A stretch of 32,000 bases of DNA from Candidatus Saccharimonadota bacterium (GTDB taxonomy: Bacteria > Patescibacteriota > Saccharimonadia > Saccharimonadales > Saccharimonadaceae): the NCBI GenBank assembly GCA_002421785.1, contig DIRZ01000003.1, forward strand, positions 404,017-436,016. The letters are read 5' to 3'. A program made the translations under genes and the position numbers. Below, in pieces: positions 9,058-18,038 of this stretch (positions within the stretch are counted from its first letter, which is position 1; the number at the start of each line of letters is the position of its first letter). The notes beneath the pieces were generated by a model, which saw only the letters and a list, made by a program, of their open reading frames with translations, was not told the origin of the DNA and did not search any database.

Positions 9058-10956
9058 CTACTTCTCGTCGACTACTTCGCCTTCTACGGCATCGTCATCT
9101 TTTTTTGTTTTCTTCTTATCCGCATCGTCACCCTCAACTGGCGCTTCTGCCTCTGCTGATTGCTGATACATCTTGGCACCGATTGGCATAATTGCTTCGT
9201 TAAGCGCTTTTACCGCCGCCTCGAGTTCATCCTTGTCGGTTGCATCTTTATGCTTTTCCGCTTCGGCGACTGCGTCTTCAATGGCTTTTTTATCGTCGTC
9301 ACTGATTTTATCTTTGTACTCATCAGGCATTTTCTTGGCCTGGTAAATAGCATTTTCTAGTTGGTTTTTAGCATCAACTGCTTCACGCTTTTTCTTGTCA
9401 TCATCAGCATGGAGCTCGGCCTCTTTTTGCGCCTTCTCGATGTCTTCTTTGCTCATGTTGCCTGATTCCTGAATGGTAATTGACTGTTCTTTACCGGTAC
9501 CCTTGTCTTTGGCGGTAACATTCAGCAGACCATTCGCGTCAAGATTAAAGGTAACCTCAATCTGTGGAACACCGCGTGGGGCGGGAGCAATTCCATCAAG
9601 CACAAACTTACCGAGCGACTTGTTATCGGCAGCAAACTCACGCTCGCCTTGCAGTACATGAATTTCAACTTGCGGCTGGTTATCACTTGCCGTACTAAAC
9701 GTTTCTGACTTACTCGTCGGAATCGTGGTATTGCGCTCAATCAATTTCGTACTCACACCACCCATCGTTTCAATACCGAGGCTCAGTGGAGTCACGTCAA
9801 GTAGCAACACGTCTTTTACGTCACCGCTCAGCACCCCACCCTGAATAGCTGCACCGATTGCGACCACTTCGTCAGGGTTAACGCCCTGCATTGGGTCTTT
9901 ACCAAACAGCTTTTTAACTCGCTCAACAACAGCTGGCATACGGGTCATACCGCCGACGAGTACAACTTCGTCAATATCACCCTTCGAAAGTTTCGCATCT
10001 TTCAGTGCCTTTTCAACTGGGCCGTCCAAACGATTAAGCAAATCCGCTACCAGGCTTTCAAGCTTCGCACGAGTAAGTTTTAGCTCGAAGTGCTTCGGGC
10101 CATCAGCGTCAGCCGTAATAAACGGAATGTTTACTTCGTACTCTGTCGTGGTCGAAAGCTCTTTCTTCGCTTTTTCGGCTTCGTCCTTCAGACGTTGCAT
10201 CGCTGCATTATCTTTTTTCAGGTCAATGCCATCAGTCTTCTTAAACTCATCGATAAAGTGGTTCACAATCGCGTTGTCGAAGTCTTCACCACCCAGGTGC
10301 GTGTCACCGTTTGTGCTTTTTACTTCGAACACTCCATCACCGAGCTCCAGGATTGATACGTCGAATGTACCACCACCAAGATCGAAGACAACAATTTTTT
10401 CTTCTTTACCCTTGTCGAGGCCATACGCGAGCGCAGCGGCAGTTGGCTCATTAATGATACGCTTGACTTCGAGTCCGGCAATTTTACCGGCGTCCTTTGT
10501 TGCCTGGCGCTGAGAATCGTCAAAGTACGCAGGTACAGTAATGACTGCTTCTGTTACTTTTTCACCCAGGAAGGCTTCAGCATCGGCTTTAATTTTACTC
10601 AGAATCATTGCTGAAACTTCTTCAGGCGTATAATCCTTGTCACCCATTGTCACCGCAACGCCTGTTGCGTGTTTCACAATAGCAAACGGCATAATGTCGA
10701 TATCTTTTTGAACTTCTTTGTCGCTAAATTTACGACCGATAAGTCGTTTAATACCATAAATAGTGTTTTTGGCGTTGGTCACACGCTGACGCTGTGCAAC
10801 CTGACCGACAAGTCGCTCGCCACTTTTATTTACCGCAACGACACTTGGTGTCGTACGGTTACCCTCTGCATTCGCAATAACCTCTGGTTTACCGGCCACC
10901 AAATAGGCAAAGGCGCTGTTCGTTGTGCCGAGGTCAATTCCAATGATTTTACCCAT
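9058..10956 (-). CDS. dnaK: Molecular chaperone DnaK (Hsp70)
   Basis: Hsp70 signatures [21 protein letters not shown] and [10 protein letters not shown]. 632 aa with an acidic C-terminal tail. SD AAGGAGAAG upstream. Confidence 0.97.
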   Translation of the reverse strand: MGKIIGIDLGTTNSAFAYLVAGKPEVIANAEGNRTTPSVVAVNKSGERLVGQVAQRQRVTNAKNTIYGIKRLIGRKFSDKEVQKDIDIMPFAIVKHATGVAVTMGDKDYTPEEVSAMILSKIKADAEAFLGEKVTEAVITVPAYFDDSQRQATKDAGKIAGLEVKRIINEPTAAALAYGLDKGKEEKIVVFDLGGGTFDVSILELGDGVFEVKSTNGDTHLGGEDFDNAIVNHFIDEFKKTDGIDLKKDNAAMQRLKDEAEKAKKELSTTTEYEVNIPFITADADGPKHFELKLTRAKLESLVADLLNRLDGPVEKALKDAKLSKGDIDEVVLVGGMTRMPAVVERVKKLFGKDPMQGVNPDEVVAIGAAIQGGVLSGDVKDVLLLDVTPLSLGIETMGGVSTKLIERNTTIPTSKSETFSTASDNQPQVEIHVLQGEREFAADNKSLGKFVLDGIAPAPRGVPQIEVTFNLDANGLLNVTAKDKGTGKEQSITIQESGNMSKEDIEKAQKEAELHADDDKKKREAVDAKNQLENAIYQAKKMPDEYKDKISDDDKKAIEDAVAEAEKHKDATDKDELEAAVKALNEAIMPIGAKMYQQSAEAEAPVEGDDADKKKTKKDDDAVEGEVVDEK

Positions 10957-11006
10957 ATTCTTCTCCTTGTTTTCTTATGAATTCTCTGTTGCACGTTGTG
11001 TGCGGT

Positions 11007-11033
11007 TTAGCACTCCTCGCAGGATAGTGCCAA
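11007..11033 (-). promoter_or_regulatory. Second, imperfect CIRCE in the dnaK leader
   Basis: TTAGCACTC-N9-TAGTGCCAA matches 16 of 18 consensus positions. It lies downstream of the predicted dnaK -10 and therefore within the 5' leader. Confidence 0.55.
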
Positions 11034-11043
11034 ATCTGTTTCT

Positions 11044-11072
11044 ATGATAGGTGATTAGCACTCTCATGTCAA
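11044..11072 (-). promoter_or_regulatory. Putative sigma-70-type dnaK promoter interlocked with CIRCE
   Basis: Read on the minus strand: TTGACA (complement of 11067-11072, inside the CIRCE spacer), 17 nt, then TATCAT (complement of 11044-11049). Confidence 0.55.
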
Positions 11073-11081
11073 GAGTGCTAA
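11055..11081 (-). promoter_or_regulatory. CIRCE operator, perfect consensus, upstream of dnaK
   Basis: TTAGCACTC-TCATGTCAA-GAGTGCTAA matches 18 of 18 positions of the canonical CIRCE consensus. Confidence 0.92.
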
Positions 11082-11121
11082 TGTGTTATTTTTAACATCA
11101 CCCTTCTCTGTTTCTGCATAG

Positions 11122-11127
11122 TAAAAT
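11122..11127 (+). promoter_or_regulatory. -10-like hexamer TAAAAT 6 nt upstream of the ATG at 11134 (leaderless-type)
   Basis: GTAAAAT-AGGTAA-ATG. This is divergent from the dnaK promoter. Confidence 0.35.
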
Positions 11128-11133
11128 AGGTAA

Positions 11134-12603
11134 ATGCACTTTATTTATAGTCTTATAGGGATTATCGGCTTTGCTTCCCTTATGGCAGTACTCACCAACC
11201 CCTTTAGCCGTCTCACTATTGTTCGTCGTCCTTATATTTCCGAGATGAAGCAAGATGCCATTGAAGCAGTCAACAACAACCATAAACTTATCGTACGCAG
11301 TAGCCTCCCGTATCGACTATTCGGTATCTTCAAGAACGGTTTTCATATTATCGCCAGCCGCTATACTCGTCGTCCGCATGCAGATAACGCCGAGACCGTT
11401 GATGAGATCATCAATCAAATCTATCATCTTCGATTTGATCCAAAAAAGCTACTCCTGACTTCAGGAGATCATTTTAGCTCACTTTTCGTCCGGAACCTCG
11501 GCGTTTTTTACTACCCCACGCTTGACACGCAGCTTGCCACTACCGAACAGCACTGGCATAATCGACAGCTCGTTTACCTACAAACACTTGCCTATGCACT
11601 CGGCGTTTTTGACAAAACAACCGATCTCGCCACCACTATTGTGCCGACTGGCCGGTGGCAAGCAACGTGCGTCGACTTCCATTCCTATCCTTCTGACACC
11701 CTCTACGGGATGCTCTACGCACTTGCCGCACTAATGGGCAAAGAATCTGCTCGCCCTGCCAGCTACAACCGCGATGTCTGGAAACTTAGTACCGTCGATG
11801 CTGCTAAGTTGTTGCGCAAAACGTACGCGGGGAGCCTGGCCCGCCACTACCAGCGCTACCGTGAACGAGCTTTCGATGAGACATTGGGACTCATTAACCC
11901 CTCGGTGACAATGTCCGGAGCAAAAGACATTACCAAACGCCAGTCCTCGTTCTACGACAATGTCGTGTTCTGGAAAACAACACAGCTCGCCATGGACTTA
12001 GGAATCGTCAAAAGCGACTCAGGCTTCCTGGCCGCGCTCAAAGAGCGCATCATCACAACATTTTGGCTAGAAGATGAAGGATATTTCCTTGAAGACCTCT
12101 CAGCAGCAGGCAAACAACATAAATACTACTCATCTGATTGGCTTATCGTGCTCGCAACACATTTTCTTGATCCAGAAGACAGCATAGAGCGAGACTATTT
12201 TGAACGTTCGATCGCCTATATTCGTAAGCAAAAAATCGCTAAACCTTTTGCGATAAAATACCAGCACGAAACGCGCGCCCACCGTCAATTTGCTATCGTA
12301 CGCCTTGCCGTCGCTAGCTATGGCGGCGACTCCATTTGGAGTTTCTGGGGAATGGAATACATCAAGACGCTGATACTCCTCTACCGTGCGACGAATAACA
12401 ACAACTACCTCGAAGAAGCAGACTACCACATAGACAAGTACGAGCACGCCATGAAACGAGATCGGGGGTTCCCGGAAGTTTATGATGCTAAAGGAGCGCT
12501 ACTTCAAACGCCGCTCTACCGCAGCATCCGAATGACGGGCTGGGTAATCGGGTTTGATCAAGTGCGCGCCATGCGTCGCGCAATCACTAGCAGCGAAGAC
12601 TAA
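11134..12603 (+). CDS. Six-hairpin glycosidase-like protein, paralogue 2 (longer, with N-terminal TM/signal helix)
   Basis: It shares collinear blocks with the 6027-7124 product: GDHFSSLFVRNLG vs GHFDFFWMRDFG, DSIWSFWGMEYIKTLI vs DTIWSWHGEYYLHLL, and RGFPEVYDAKG vs GSFPEMLNLDG. The N-terminus LIGIIGFASLMAVL is hydrophobic. Confidence 0.55.
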   Translation: MHFIYSLIGIIGFASLMAVLTNPFSRLTIVRRPYISEMKQDAIEAVNNNHKLIVRSSLPYRLFGIFKNGFHIIASRYTRRPHADNAETVDEIINQIYHLRFDPKKLLLTSGDHFSSLFVRNLGVFYYPTLDTQLATTEQHWHNRQLVYLQTLAYALGVFDKTTDLATTIVPTGRWQATCVDFHSYPSDTLYGMLYALAALMGKESARPASYNRDVWKLSTVDAAKLLRKTYAGSLARHYQRYRERAFDETLGLINPSVTMSGAKDITKRQSSFYDNVVFWKTTQLAMDLGIVKSDSGFLAALKERIITTFWLEDEGYFLEDLSAAGKQHKYYSSDWLIVLATHFLDPEDSIERDYFERSIAYIRKQKIAKPFAIKYQHETRAHRQFAIVRLAVASYGGDSIWSFWGMEYIKTLILLYRATNNNNYLEEADYHIDKYEHAMKRDRGFPEVYDAKGALLQTPLYRSIRMTGWVIGFDQVRAMRRAITSSED

Positions 12604-13064
12604 CGACGAGTCACTTTAACCATTGCATGCCGAAGTGGCGTACCATTCAACAGGTAGCCCGCTTGTAGCTCCTCGTCAATCACTTCATGCTCACCCACTG
12701 CGTCTTCATCGAACTGAACAGCCTGATGAAGTTCAGGATTGAACGGCGTCCCTGGCGTCGCTTCAATACGTACTACTTGCATTGCGGCAAGCGACTTTTC
12801 GAGCTGTTTACCAAGACCCATCACACCCTGCACCCAAGGATTCTTTGCTAAATCGGCAGGCGCATGAGCAATCGCGCGCTCAAGCGTATCAATGACGGGC
12901 AATAATTTCATAATCGATTTCATCTCACCCATACTGCCGGCATTCGTCTTTTCTTGTTCGACACGCTTACGGTAATTTTCGAAGTCTGCACGTACACGCT
13001 GCAAATCAGCGGTCAATTCGGCAATTTGCTGGGTATGTTCATCGCGTTGTTTTTTCGCTGGCAT
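12600..13064 (-). CDS. grpE: Nucleotide exchange factor GrpE (short form, 154 aa)
   Basis: N-terminal coiled coil (LTADLQRVRADFENYRKRVEQE) and C-terminal beta domain (FNPELHQAV...GYLLNGTPLRHAMVKV). Its ATG overlaps the hrcA stop (TAATG). Confidence 0.9.
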   Translation of the reverse strand: MPAKKQRDEHTQQIAELTADLQRVRADFENYRKRVEQEKTNAGSMGEMKSIMKLLPVIDTLERAIAHAPADLAKNPWVQGVMGLGKQLEKSLAAMQVVRIEATPGTPFNPELHQAVQFDEDAVGEHEVIDEELQAGYLLNGTPLRHAMVKVTRR

Positions 13065-13780
13065 TATAAGACCTCCTCTAACATTGCGCCGGTTCGCCTG
13101 ACGAGCTGCATGGTGCGTGCATAATTCTGACGTGTTGGGCCAAGCACACCAATATAGCTTTTGTCACTGTATGGCGATCGAAACCGACTAATAATTAATG
13201 TCGCGCCACTGCTTTTACCAATGGGATTTTCACTCCCGATAAATACATTGAGTGGCTCATTTGGTGCGGCTTCACGCAGCCAAGGCTCCAGGTTATCCAG
13301 CAATCGCGCGACAGCTTGGATGTGCGTCCCGCTCACGTATTCTGGCTGACTAAACAAATTGCTAATGCCATTCATATACAGCTCGCTCCCAATCGTCGCG
13401 ATGCCAAGGTTGCCGGTCAATTCGACCAGACCATCGACTGCGCTACGGATAGCACGGTCAGCTGCATCCTTATGCGAATGAACGTGCGCCTCGATAGTCC
13501 TGGCGCTCCTGTCCACTCCAGTGGAAAGCTCCGTCATTTGCGCATCCGTAATGTCGTTTACATACAGGCGATAGCCCTTGTCTGTGGGAATGCGGCCAGC
13601 ACTCGTGTGAGGGGCTTCAATCAATCCCATGTCTTCTAGGCGAGCCATCTCGCTTCGAATTGTCGCGCTACTCACACCGAACAGCTTGGCAAGCGTGACA
13701 CTCCCTACTGGTACAGCGATCTCTGCGTACTGCTCAATAATCGCAGCAAGAATCTTAGCTTGACGTGAAGTAATTTCCAT
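13064..13780 (-). CDS. hrcA: Heat-inducible transcription repressor HrcA (short form, 238 aa)
   Basis: The N-terminal winged-helix region matches HrcA (RQAKILAAIIEQYAEIAVPVGSVTLAKLFGVSSATIRSEMARLEDMGLIEAPHTSAGRIPTDKGYRLYV). It sits upstream of grpE and has its own CIRCE. Confidence 0.85.
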   Translation of the reverse strand: MEITSRQAKILAAIIEQYAEIAVPVGSVTLAKLFGVSSATIRSEMARLEDMGLIEAPHTSAGRIPTDKGYRLYVNDITDAQMTELSTGVDRSARTIEAHVHSHKDAADRAIRSAVDGLVELTGNLGIATIGSELYMNGISNLFSQPEYVSGTHIQAVARLLDNLEPWLREAAPNEPLNVFIGSENPIGKSSGATLIISRFRSPYSDKSYIGVLGPTRQNYARTMQLVRRTGAMLEEVL

Positions 13781-13787
13781 ACCGTAT

Positions 13788-13816
13788 ATTATAGCAAATG
13801 GCTAGCACTCAAGCAA
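13788..13816 (-). promoter_or_regulatory. Putative hrcA promoter embedded in CIRCE, leaderless-type
   Basis: Read on the minus strand: TTGCTT (complement of 13811-13816, in the CIRCE spacer), 17 nt, TATAAT (complement of 13788-13793), then 7 nt to the ATG at 13780. Confidence 0.5.
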
Positions 13817-13828
13817 TACGAGTGCTAG
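13802..13828 (-). promoter_or_regulatory. CIRCE operator upstream of hrcA-grpE
   Basis: CTAGCACTC-AAGCAATAC-GAGTGCTAG is a perfect 9-bp palindrome and matches 16 of 18 consensus positions. It overlaps the stop codon of the upstream kinase gene. Confidence 0.88.
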
Positions 13829-14544
13829 TTCTCGTAGCGTTCACGAATTTCATTCAAAATATCACGTGCCACAAGGCGTTTCTCGTCGTCCTTGCGGTAA
13901 AACTTGTCGTTACTCCCCACAATTTGCAAGCAGGCATCAACTGCTTCACTCAGTGAATCATTGATCACAAAGTGGTAATACGGTTTTTCGAGCGCGGCTT
14001 CGAGTTCGTGAATTGCGCTGGTGCGTCGATTGGGCCAATCAGCGTGGAACTCCTCAATGCTCGGATAGCGTTTTTGGACCCGGCGCTGCCACTCATCATA
14101 GTTGGGCGGCAATAGGAATATTGCCACGACGTTGTCTGACAAGCTTTTATATTTATCGACGCCTTCCACAGTAACGTCAGCAATCGCAATCTTGCCAATG
14201 TCATGGGCGCGGCGTACTTCGCTAACCGTCACGCCATAAATTCGGTTATGAACCATGCTGACTTCCACGTATTCACCAGCGTCTATCGCTGCCAGTGCTT
14301 GGTCCTCAGTCAAAAAATGATAGTCCACGCCGTCTTGCTCAGGAACGCCGTTGTTTGACCGTGGCTGCCGCGTCACGCTTGTTACGAGATCGTGATAATT
14401 GCCCGTCTTTACCATTTCGTTCAGAACGCTGTTTTTACCTGCGCCTGTTATGCCTACGAGTAACGCGACTTTTGTGTCCCGAAGTAGCTGAACGCCCTCT
14501 TGGTTCGGTGTTGCTGATTCGACTTTTGAGGCTAATGATTCCAT
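13825..14544 (-). CDS. Guanylate kinase-family P-loop kinase
   Basis: P-loop GITGAGKNS and a Gmk-like core (VTSVTRQPR...DGVDYHFLTEDQ...GEYVEVSMVHNRIYG). The track ORF starts at a GTG (14586). I prefer the ATG at 14544 (MESLASK), which has AAAGGA 7 nt upstream. Confidence 0.7.
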   Translation of the reverse strand: MESLASKVESATPNQEGVQLLRDTKVALLVGITGAGKNSVLNEMVKTGNYHDLVTSVTRQPRSNNGVPEQDGVDYHFLTEDQALAAIDAGEYVEVSMVHNRIYGVTVSEVRRAHDIGKIAIADVTVEGVDKYKSLSDNVVAIFLLPPNYDEWQRRVQKRYPSIEEFHADWPNRRTSAIHELEAALEKPYYHFVINDSLSEAVDACLQIVGSNDKFYRKDDEKRLVARDILNEIRERYEN

Positions 14545-14613
14545 AGTTATCCTTTCAGTATAATCGTAAAACCCATATATAACCACCCATCTATAAGGTA
14601 TGACGGCTAGTGC

Positions 14614-16392
14614 TTAGTCTCGCTTGAGCATTACCGTAAAGGCTTCTGATGGTATATCAACCTTACCAAAGCGTTTCATGCGCTTTTTACCACGCGCTTG
14701 CTTAGCAAGCAGTTTCTTTTTACGACTCACGTCGCCACCGTATAGATAACCCGTCACATCTTTACGGTACGCACCAATGTCTTCACGGGCAATAAACTTC
14801 CCACCGATAGCAGCCTGCAAGCTTACTTCAAAACTCTGGCGCGGCACGACTTCTTTGAGTTTTTTGGTAATCATGCGGCCGAGTGCCATACTTTCGCTAC
14901 GGTGGCACATGATGCTCAGCGCATCAACCATCTCCCCACCAACATAAAAGTCTACGCGCACCAAGTCTTCGGCACGGTATTCGTCTAGCTCGTAGTTGAA
15001 ACTACCATACCCGCTGGTGACACTTTTGAGCTGGTCGTAAAAATCCGTCAGCAAGTTAGCGAGCGGGGCTTCGAAACTAATCAGCGCGCGCTCATCGATA
15101 TAACTTAGGTTATTCTGCAGCCCGCGTTTTGCGATAATCAACTGAATCACCGCGCCAATATAGTCCTGCGGCACCACGATTTCACCCTTAATCCATGGCT
15201 CCCTGATCTCTTTAATTTTCGTCACCAGCGGCAAATCACTGGCACTTTTAATGTCCAGCTCCTCGCCGTCATTCATGCTAATCTGATAGTCCGTGCTAGG
15301 GTTGGTAACGACCAAATCCAGATTGTATTCTCGCTCCAACCGCTCGCGAACAATATCCATGTGCAGTAGGCCCAAAAATCCGATGCGGACCCCAAACCCA
15401 AGTACTGGTGAGTTCTCTGGCTCAAACTGCAACGCGCTGTCGCTCAGGCTGAGTTTTTCGACTGCATCTTTGAGATCGTTATAGTCTTCGTTGCTTACAG
15501 GGAAAAAGCCAGCGTATACAAATGGCTGCACGTTTTGATAACCAGGGAGTGGTTGGTCGCTATGGCTGCGGCGAACCGTCACCGTGTCGCCCACTTTGGC
15601 ATCGCGAGTCGTTTTGAGGTTGGTGACAATGTAGCCGATTTCACCTGGCTCAATGCTCGGCTCTTCTTTCATAGCAGGGCTCAACGCTCCCACTTCGAGT
15701 GCGATTCCATGCGCACCCGTTGCGAGCATTTCAATCGTATCGCCCTTTTTAATGGCACCATCCACAACGCGGGTGTATAAAATCACGCCACGATAATCGT
15801 CATAGTAACTGTCAAAAATCAGTGCCCGTGTTGGCTGATTTGCATCGCCCTGCGGGGTAGTCACGCGCTCCACAATCGCATCCAATACTTCCGTCACGCC
15901 TTCGCCAGTCTTCGCGCTAATTTTTAAGATGTCATCTTCGCTACATCCCAGCAGATTAATAATTTCCGCGCTCACTCGTGGAACGTCCGCCGCGGGTAAA
16001 TCGATTTTGTTAAGTACGGGGATAATTGTCAGGTCAGCCGCGAGCGCTAAGTACACGTTGGCGAGTGTCTGGGCCTGAATCCCCTGACTGGCGTCAACTA
16101 CGAGCACTGCGCCCTCGCAGGCTTCTAAGCTACGGCTTACCTCGTAACTAAAGTCCACGTGGCCGGGCGTATCAATTAAGTTCAGGTCAATTCCCTTGTA
16201 GTGCATGCGGACAGGCGCTAGTTTAATCGTGATGCCTTTTTCGCGTTCCAGGTCCATACTGTCGAGCAACTGACTTTTCATGTCACGTTTTTCAACGGTG
16301 TGTGTTAGCTCCATCATACGATCAGCAAGCGTCGACTTGCCGTGATCGATATGCGCGATGATGCAAAAATTACGGATATTACTCTGACTCAT
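14614..16392 (-). CDS. lepA: Translation elongation factor 4 (LepA)
   Basis: IRNFCIIAHIDHGKSTLADR and DTPGHVDF GTPase motifs, and a LepA-specific C-terminal domain (...YGGDVSRKKKLL.KQ..GKKRMK..G.V.IP.EAF). SD GAGGAGA upstream. Confidence 0.96.
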   Translation of the reverse strand: MSQSNIRNFCIIAHIDHGKSTLADRMMELTHTVEKRDMKSQLLDSMDLEREKGITIKLAPVRMHYKGIDLNLIDTPGHVDFSYEVSRSLEACEGAVLVVDASQGIQAQTLANVYLALAADLTIIPVLNKIDLPAADVPRVSAEIINLLGCSEDDILKISAKTGEGVTEVLDAIVERVTTPQGDANQPTRALIFDSYYDDYRGVILYTRVVDGAIKKGDTIEMLATGAHGIALEVGALSPAMKEEPSIEPGEIGYIVTNLKTTRDAKVGDTVTVRRSHSDQPLPGYQNVQPFVYAGFFPVSNEDYNDLKDAVEKLSLSDSALQFEPENSPVLGFGVRIGFLGLLHMDIVRERLEREYNLDLVVTNPSTDYQISMNDGEELDIKSASDLPLVTKIKEIREPWIKGEIVVPQDYIGAVIQLIIAKRGLQNNLSYIDERALISFEAPLANLLTDFYDQLKSVTSGYGSFNYELDEYRAEDLVRVDFYVGGEMVDALSIMCHRSESMALGRMITKKLKEVVPRQSFEVSLQAAIGGKFIAREDIGAYRKDVTGYLYGGDVSRKKKLLAKQARGKKRMKRFGKVDIPSEAFTVMLKRD

Positions 16393-16395
16393 ACG

Positions 16396-18024
16396 TTATC
16401 TCCTCGAAAATAAAATTGCTTTCATTCGCGCGAGAATAGGCTTCGGCTCACTCAAATGGAAGAGTGTCGAAACCCATATATACACCGCAAAACTAACAAG
16501 CGTGATAATACCAAACTTTGGGAAGGTTGAAAGAAAACTCATGTCATCGCTTTGGAGCTGGAACAGTTGAACTGTAATGTACGTCGCCAGCCCCATGATG
16601 CCACTCGCTCCAACCATCCGCATGACCGCATGCAGAAAAATCGTATTAAACAGTTTTGGAATTCGCGCCGAAAGAATCACGAACAAAATTGCAACTTCTA
16701 CCACTGCCACGATTGACTGCGCCCACGCCAGTCCATACACGCCCCAGCCAAATGCGCTCGTAAAGACGACTGCCAGCAAAATATTAAGCCCGATTGAAAA
16801 AATAGAAATATATAGCGGCGTCTTAGTGTCTTGCTTGGCATAAAATACCCGAGCAGCAATGTGATAAATCGTGCGGAACAATATCGAAATCACCAGAGCA
16901 CCCAGTAGCCCTGCAATCAGCGCGTTACCACCGTTTTTAATAAATGTCACGATGAAACCACGGGTAAAGAACGTAATGGTTGCAATCGGCAGTGCCAGCC
17001 AAATAATCCACCGTAGAATCGTCCGTAGCTCGCGGCGGAACAGGTCATCTTCACCATCGCTCAGGCGCTGCGTCATACGAGGAAACGCGGCGTTACTAAT
17101 TGCGACACCGATCAAGCTCACGGGCATCAACGACAGCGACGACGCCTGTTGATAGGCACGGATCGTTCCGTCTGCCATGTGCGAAGCAATGTTGGTTTCC
17201 ACCAGCCCGTTAAAGTAATCGATACCCTGGTCCAACGAACGAGCGGGGAGGAGCCTGAGCACCTGACGGAAGCCTTTATTCTTCCAGCTAATGCGCATCT
17301 GGTAATCAAAGCCGAGCCCTAATAGCCCAATCGAACTAACGACAAGCTGCATCATGGAACCAAGCACCACACCGAGAGCAACGCCCATTATACCGCCTTC
17401 GAATATCTTCCATCCAAACAGTTCGATACCGTTGGTGAAGAACTGCGCGCCAATAATGATTCCGATGTTGTAAATCGTGGGCGCAAGTGCGTAGAACGTG
17501 AAGCGACCCACCGCCTGCTGCATGCTCGCGATAACCGTAGCAACTGCAAACAAGAACGGGTTGACGGCAATGATGCGCATCATGCTGATGGCCAGCGCCC
17601 TACCTGATTCGTCGAGCCCCGGCCCAACTACATAGCGTACCAGCGGGTCGGCGAATATGATAATGAGTACACTTGCGATGAGCGTGACGAGCGCCATAAA
17701 GTTCACCATGCTTGAGCTAAGCTCCCATGCAGATTTACGGTTTCCCTTCGCCAATCGCTTGTTGAATACTGGGATGAACGTTACGCTCAGCGCGCCCGAT
17801 ACCAAAATGAAGAACATGAAATCAGGAATAGTGAAGGCAACCGTGTATGCGTCGATACCGACCGGGTAACTATCGAGGTATAAACTGTTCAGCAAGCGGT
17901 CACGGTAAATGCCCAGTAGCGAAGCAATCAGGGTCGAGCCGGACAGCAAAATTGCCGCCCACTGGACGGACAATTTGCTGTTAGCGAGCGCTACAACCGA
18001 TCGAACTCGACTCTGTGTTGCCAT
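16396..18024 (-). CDS. murJ: Lipid II flippase MurJ (MviN family)
   Basis: 542 aa with about 14 TM helices. MOP-superfamily MurJ-like N-terminus (LLGIYRDRLLNS...IDAYTVAFTIPDFMF). It lies in an envelope and housekeeping context. Confidence 0.82.
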   Translation of the reverse strand: MATQSRVRSVVALANSKLSVQWAAILLSGSTLIASLLGIYRDRLLNSLYLDSYPVGIDAYTVAFTIPDFMFFILVSGALSVTFIPVFNKRLAKGNRKSAWELSSSMVNFMALVTLIASVLIIIFADPLVRYVVGPGLDESGRALAISMMRIIAVNPFLFAVATVIASMQQAVGRFTFYALAPTIYNIGIIIGAQFFTNGIELFGWKIFEGGIMGVALGVVLGSMMQLVVSSIGLLGLGFDYQMRISWKNKGFRQVLRLLPARSLDQGIDYFNGLVETNIASHMADGTIRAYQQASSLSLMPVSLIGVAISNAAFPRMTQRLSDGEDDLFRRELRTILRWIIWLALPIATITFFTRGFIVTFIKNGGNALIAGLLGALVISILFRTIYHIAARVFYAKQDTKTPLYISIFSIGLNILLAVVFTSAFGWGVYGLAWAQSIVAVVEVAILFVILSARIPKLFNTIFLHAVMRMVGASGIMGLATYITVQLFQLQSDDMSFLSTFPKFGIITLVSFAVYIWVSTLFHLSEPKPILARMKAILFSRR

Positions 18025-18038
18025 AGTTGGTGCCGCTT

